A stretch of 46,324 bases of DNA from a virus. The notes below the pieces were generated by a model. It worked only from the letters and a program-made list of their open reading frames with translations, did not search any database and had not been told where the DNA came from. The DNA is taken from positions 1 to 46,324 of IMG/VR virus record IMGVR_UViG_3300036782_000034; one strand, 5' to 3'. This document shows, in pieces, positions 46,202-46,324 of the stretch (its first letter is position 1; every line of letters starts with the position of its first letter). A program made the position numbers and the translations under genes.

Positions 46202-46324
46202 CTATTCCATTTGTCCTTTGCACTCTTCAAGAAAATCAATAACTTCCTGAACATGCTCCCTTGTTGTCATAATCTCTATCACGTATCCTTCGTCGTTATA
46301 AACATTAACCTTACTTCCTGTAAA
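46202..46324 (-). CDS. 3' part of the 57-aa junction-spanning ORF (same gene as 1..160)
   Basis: The frame from 160 continues through 1 (=46216) to the TAG at 46202-46204. Confidence 0.5.
   Translation of the reverse strand, partial: FTGSKVNVYNDEGYVIEIMTTREHVQEVIDFLEECKGQME
46216..46324. repeat. Right copy of 109-bp terminal overlap (identical to 1..109)
   Basis: Same string as 1..109. Consistent with a circular or circularly permuted assembly. Confidence 0.95.

Larger units (their letters stand above)
1..46324. mobile_element. Complete temperate tailed-phage genome (siphovirus-type), unit length 46,215 bp, probably maintained as an extrachromosomal plasmid-prophage
   Basis: Full packaging-head-tail-lysis module, cI/cro-type switch and phage replication genes, plus a Rep/ParA module. 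Window ends overlap by 109 bp. No integrase-like ORF in any frame. Confidence 0.8.

Noticed and set aside
1-46324. Search for integrase/recombinase, CRISPR array, tRNA/rRNA genes and transposase/IS elements
   Set aside because: No ORF has recombinase-like size and motifs. There is no array of regularly spaced direct repeats. No tRNA-like sequences were recognised by eye. Absence of tRNAs should be confirmed with tRNAscan-SE or ARAGORN.

Overview
The window is one complete, circularly closed genome of a temperate siphovirus-type phage from a low-GC Gram-positive host. The gene content looks Bacillus cereus-group-like, but the host is inference. Bases 1..109 are identical to 46216..46324, so the unit genome is 46,215 bp and the window is cut inside a small minus-strand gene.

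Layout:
(i) A minus-strand early/replication block starts at the cro-like gene (12858) and runs leftwards. It contains an antirepressor, a Sak/Rad52-like annealing protein, a DnaD-like initiator, a DnaB helicase, two paralogous triple-repeat HTH proteins, an NrdH-like redoxin, a dUTPase and many tiny genes. It crosses the junction and ends at a sigma-region-4-like late regulator (44714..45169).
(ii) A minus-strand late block runs 42441 -> 21863. It contains terS, terL, portal, SPP1-gp7-like head protein, scaffold, capsid, connectors, major tail protein, G/GT chaperones with a -1 frameshift, tape measure, Dit, Tal, a 1141-aa fibre with SGNH motifs, XhlA, holin and a GH25 endolysin.
(iii) A ~9-kb lysogeny/maintenance block (12.9-21.9 kb) holds a cI-like repressor, an RRNPP-type receptor with a short secreted pro-peptide ORF and a downstream small ORF (arbitrium-like aimR/aimP/aimX architecture), a second XRE regulator, a membrane protein, an AEP-primase-like Rep, ParA with a small RHH-like partner and centromere-like repeats, and a tightly operated two-gene cassette.

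No integrase or recombinase ORF is present, so an extrachromosomal plasmid-prophage lifestyle is inferred.

Most notable observations:
- The peptide-communication module. Its 49-aa peptide gene is below the ORF-track cutoff.
- An ~0.85-kb ORF-free region (43.86-44.71 kb) whose helices pair fully only on the minus strand and which ends in a strong terminator. This is a candidate large structured RNA.
- Several smaller candidate RNAs and operator networks in the accessory block.
- A DUF2829 (Tad2-like) small protein.

All functional calls come from motif recognition by eye. No database search was run.
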